Positions 13,541 through 14,708 of a DNA stretch of 14,708 bases are shown in pieces (position 1 is the stretch's first letter; the number at the start of each line of letters is the position of its first letter). The translations under genes were made by a program, and so were the position numbers. The DNA is taken from the UHGV virus genome UHGV-1345802; one strand, given 5' to 3'. Below the pieces are notes generated by a model, which was given only the letters and a program-made list of their open reading frames with translations, was not told where the DNA came from and made no database searches. The DNA comes from a virus.

Positions 13541-14142
13541 ATGTTTTCGAAATGGAAGGGTTTCTTCGCGGGAAATGTGTACCACGAGATCTGAAAGTGA
13601 ATGAAACAAATGCTGAATATCTGGTGCGTAAATTTGCTGAAGCGGAGGCCAAGATTTTGGCTCTGTCCGAAGACCAACAGAAAGCGATTGAGTCAATTAA
13701 GCAGGCTGATGCAGCTGTTAAGTTGGCACACGAGAAGTTTTCGGCGCTGGCGGCGGAGAATGCGGGGCTGAAACACGCAATGGCCGTAACTCTTGAGCAT
13801 GTGTCGGTCACGGATGCAGGGCAGGCTGGTGTTGCTGCAATGATTATCAACGATGCCCTGCACCACAGCGAAACTCCAGCCACCGATGCTTTCCTGGCTG
13901 AAATTCGTGCGGAAGCACGCAACGAGGGGATTAACTATACCGCAAGCCGTCTTGCTGCTGCTTTCAATCACGGATTTATCAATAAGTCTTTACGTGAAGT
14001 TTTCGACGTTACACGCATGATTCTGTCAGCGAAAGAAGAGTTGGCTAATGAACCACACCCGATTGATGGCCTGTCCGGTGAATATGCGGAGAAATCCCTA
14101 GAAGAATGGGCGGAACAGATTCGCAAAGGAGGCAACCAGTGA
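13531..14142 (+). CDS. Hypothetical phage protein (about 200 aa), Ala/Glu-rich and helical
   Basis: ATG at 13531 (GGAG upstream), or ATG at 13537 overlapping the preceding stop (ATGA). Confidence 0.5.
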   Translation: MRMNVFEMEGFLRGKCVPRDLKVNETNAEYLVRKFAEAEAKILALSEDQQKAIESIKQADAAVKLAHEKFSALAAENAGLKHAMAVTLEHVSVTDAGQAGVAAMIINDALHHSETPATDAFLAEIRAEARNEGINYTASRLAAAFNHGFINKSLREVFDVTRMILSAKEELANEPHPIDGLSGEYAEKSLEEWAEQIRKGGNQ

Positions 14143-14363
14143 GCGGAAAAAGAATGACTAACAGAGAGCTTGTTGATGCCGCGATTAAGCTTGCTGGTGA
14201 TTTTTATTCAATGATGGGGTACGCGCATCGCCCTGGATTCAAATATTGGGAATCACCGCATCCGCAAGAGCAACTGGTATTTCAAATGGCCTGCCGTGCT
14301 TTTGAGGTTATTCGCGGTTCTGATGTGATGGACGCCGTTGCCGACTTGGAGGATGAAGAGTGA
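14139..14363 (+). CDS. Small hypothetical protein (74 aa)
   Basis: GTG at 14139 overlaps the upstream stop and is preceded by AGGAGG at 14124-14129; the track's ATG at 14106 lacks a ribosome-binding site. Confidence 0.45.
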   Translation: MSGKRMTNRELVDAAIKLAGDFYSMMGYAHRPGFKYWESPHPQEQLVFQMACRAFEVIRGSDVMDAVADLEDEE

Positions 14364-14708
14364 CCCAAATTAACTATCAGGCACTGCGTGAGGCAGCAGT
14401 AGCAATTGAAACAGTGGCAACGCCTCAAAAATTGCAGGCGTTTCGGATGAAGGTCACACCGTCGGTAGTACTGGCGCTGCTGGATGAAATTAAGCGCCTG
14501 GAGGACACAAATATTGATGCTATGTGCCGAATTGCAGAACTGGAAGCGAGGGAAGTTCAATTACCGACTCGCTACGACCTTCGATATGGACACCCGATAA
14601 ATGCAGATGAGCGACAAGTCATGATACCTAAAGAAAATGGCAGTTGGCTTTACCTGATTGACCTAGAACACGCATTACGCGTCGCTGACATTCGCATCAA
14701 AGGAGAGT
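14360..14708 (+). CDS. Partial ORF (3' end outside the window), Ead/Ea22-like early protein
   Basis: GTG at 14360 overlaps the preceding TGA and has GGAGGA 6 nt upstream. Open to the window end (VTQINYQALREAAVAIETVATPQKLQAFRMKV...); family recalled loosely. Confidence 0.4.
   Translation, partial: MTQINYQALREAAVAIETVATPQKLQAFRMKVTPSVVLALLDEIKRLEDTNIDAMCRIAELEAREVQLPTRYDLRYGHPINADERQVMIPKENGSWLYLIDLEHALRVADIRIKGE

Noticed and set aside
12518-13971. ORFs 12518-12763 (-), 13270-13455 (-), 13353-13604 (+), 13483-13677 (-), 13506-13922 (-) and 13693-13971 (-)
   Set aside because: Antisense or alternative frames of the yfdQ-like, HD-domain and following genes.
14282-14560. 92-aa minus-strand ORF
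   Set aside because: Antisense to two tightly coupled plus-strand genes; Cys-rich low-complexity translation.
1-14708. tRNA genes, CRISPR arrays, integrase/att sites and IS elements
   Set aside because: No tRNA-like conserved arms, no regularly spaced direct repeats, no transposase or integrase-like ORFs were seen by eye; a tRNA scan or BLAST would be needed to be definitive.

Overview
This window reads as the early-regulatory core of a lambdoid (lambda/P22-like) enterobacterial prophage, not ordinary chromosome. All calls rest on reading the six-frame translations and the DNA by eye; no searches were run, so family names are recalled similarity. On the minus strand a tightly packed, largely start/stop-overlapping operon runs cro (8579) -> large CII-position protein -> Rha-domain protein with an unexplained ~200-aa N-terminal extension -> two small proteins -> replication initiator (with an internal 12-bp tandem repeat) -> PerC-like regulator -> orphan N6-adenine methyltransferase (NPPY) -> LexA N-terminal-domain-only protein -> RusA resolvase -> KilA-N protein -> hypothetical -> DUF968-like protein -> Q antiterminator (673..281) -> intrinsic terminator (199..223). 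On the plus strand lie the cI-type repressor (HTH + S24 peptidase), then a visibly AT-rich insert carrying a single orphan ParA/MinD-type ATPase in the position lambda uses for rexAB, its terminator, a pL/oL region that nearly duplicates pR/oR, an ~570-nt ORF-free G+C-rich leader with a strong hairpin terminator, and an early-left operon resembling yfdP-yfdQ-yfdR of E. coli prophage CPS-53 (including an HD-domain hydrolase) ending in a partial Ea22-like ORF. The best candidate for a new system is the ParA-like gene in the immunity region (possible superinfection exclusion or defence). Secondary candidates are the ORF-free leader with no N-like gene, the Rha fusion, and the LexA-domain-only protein. 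No tRNA, CRISPR array, integrase or IS element was seen.
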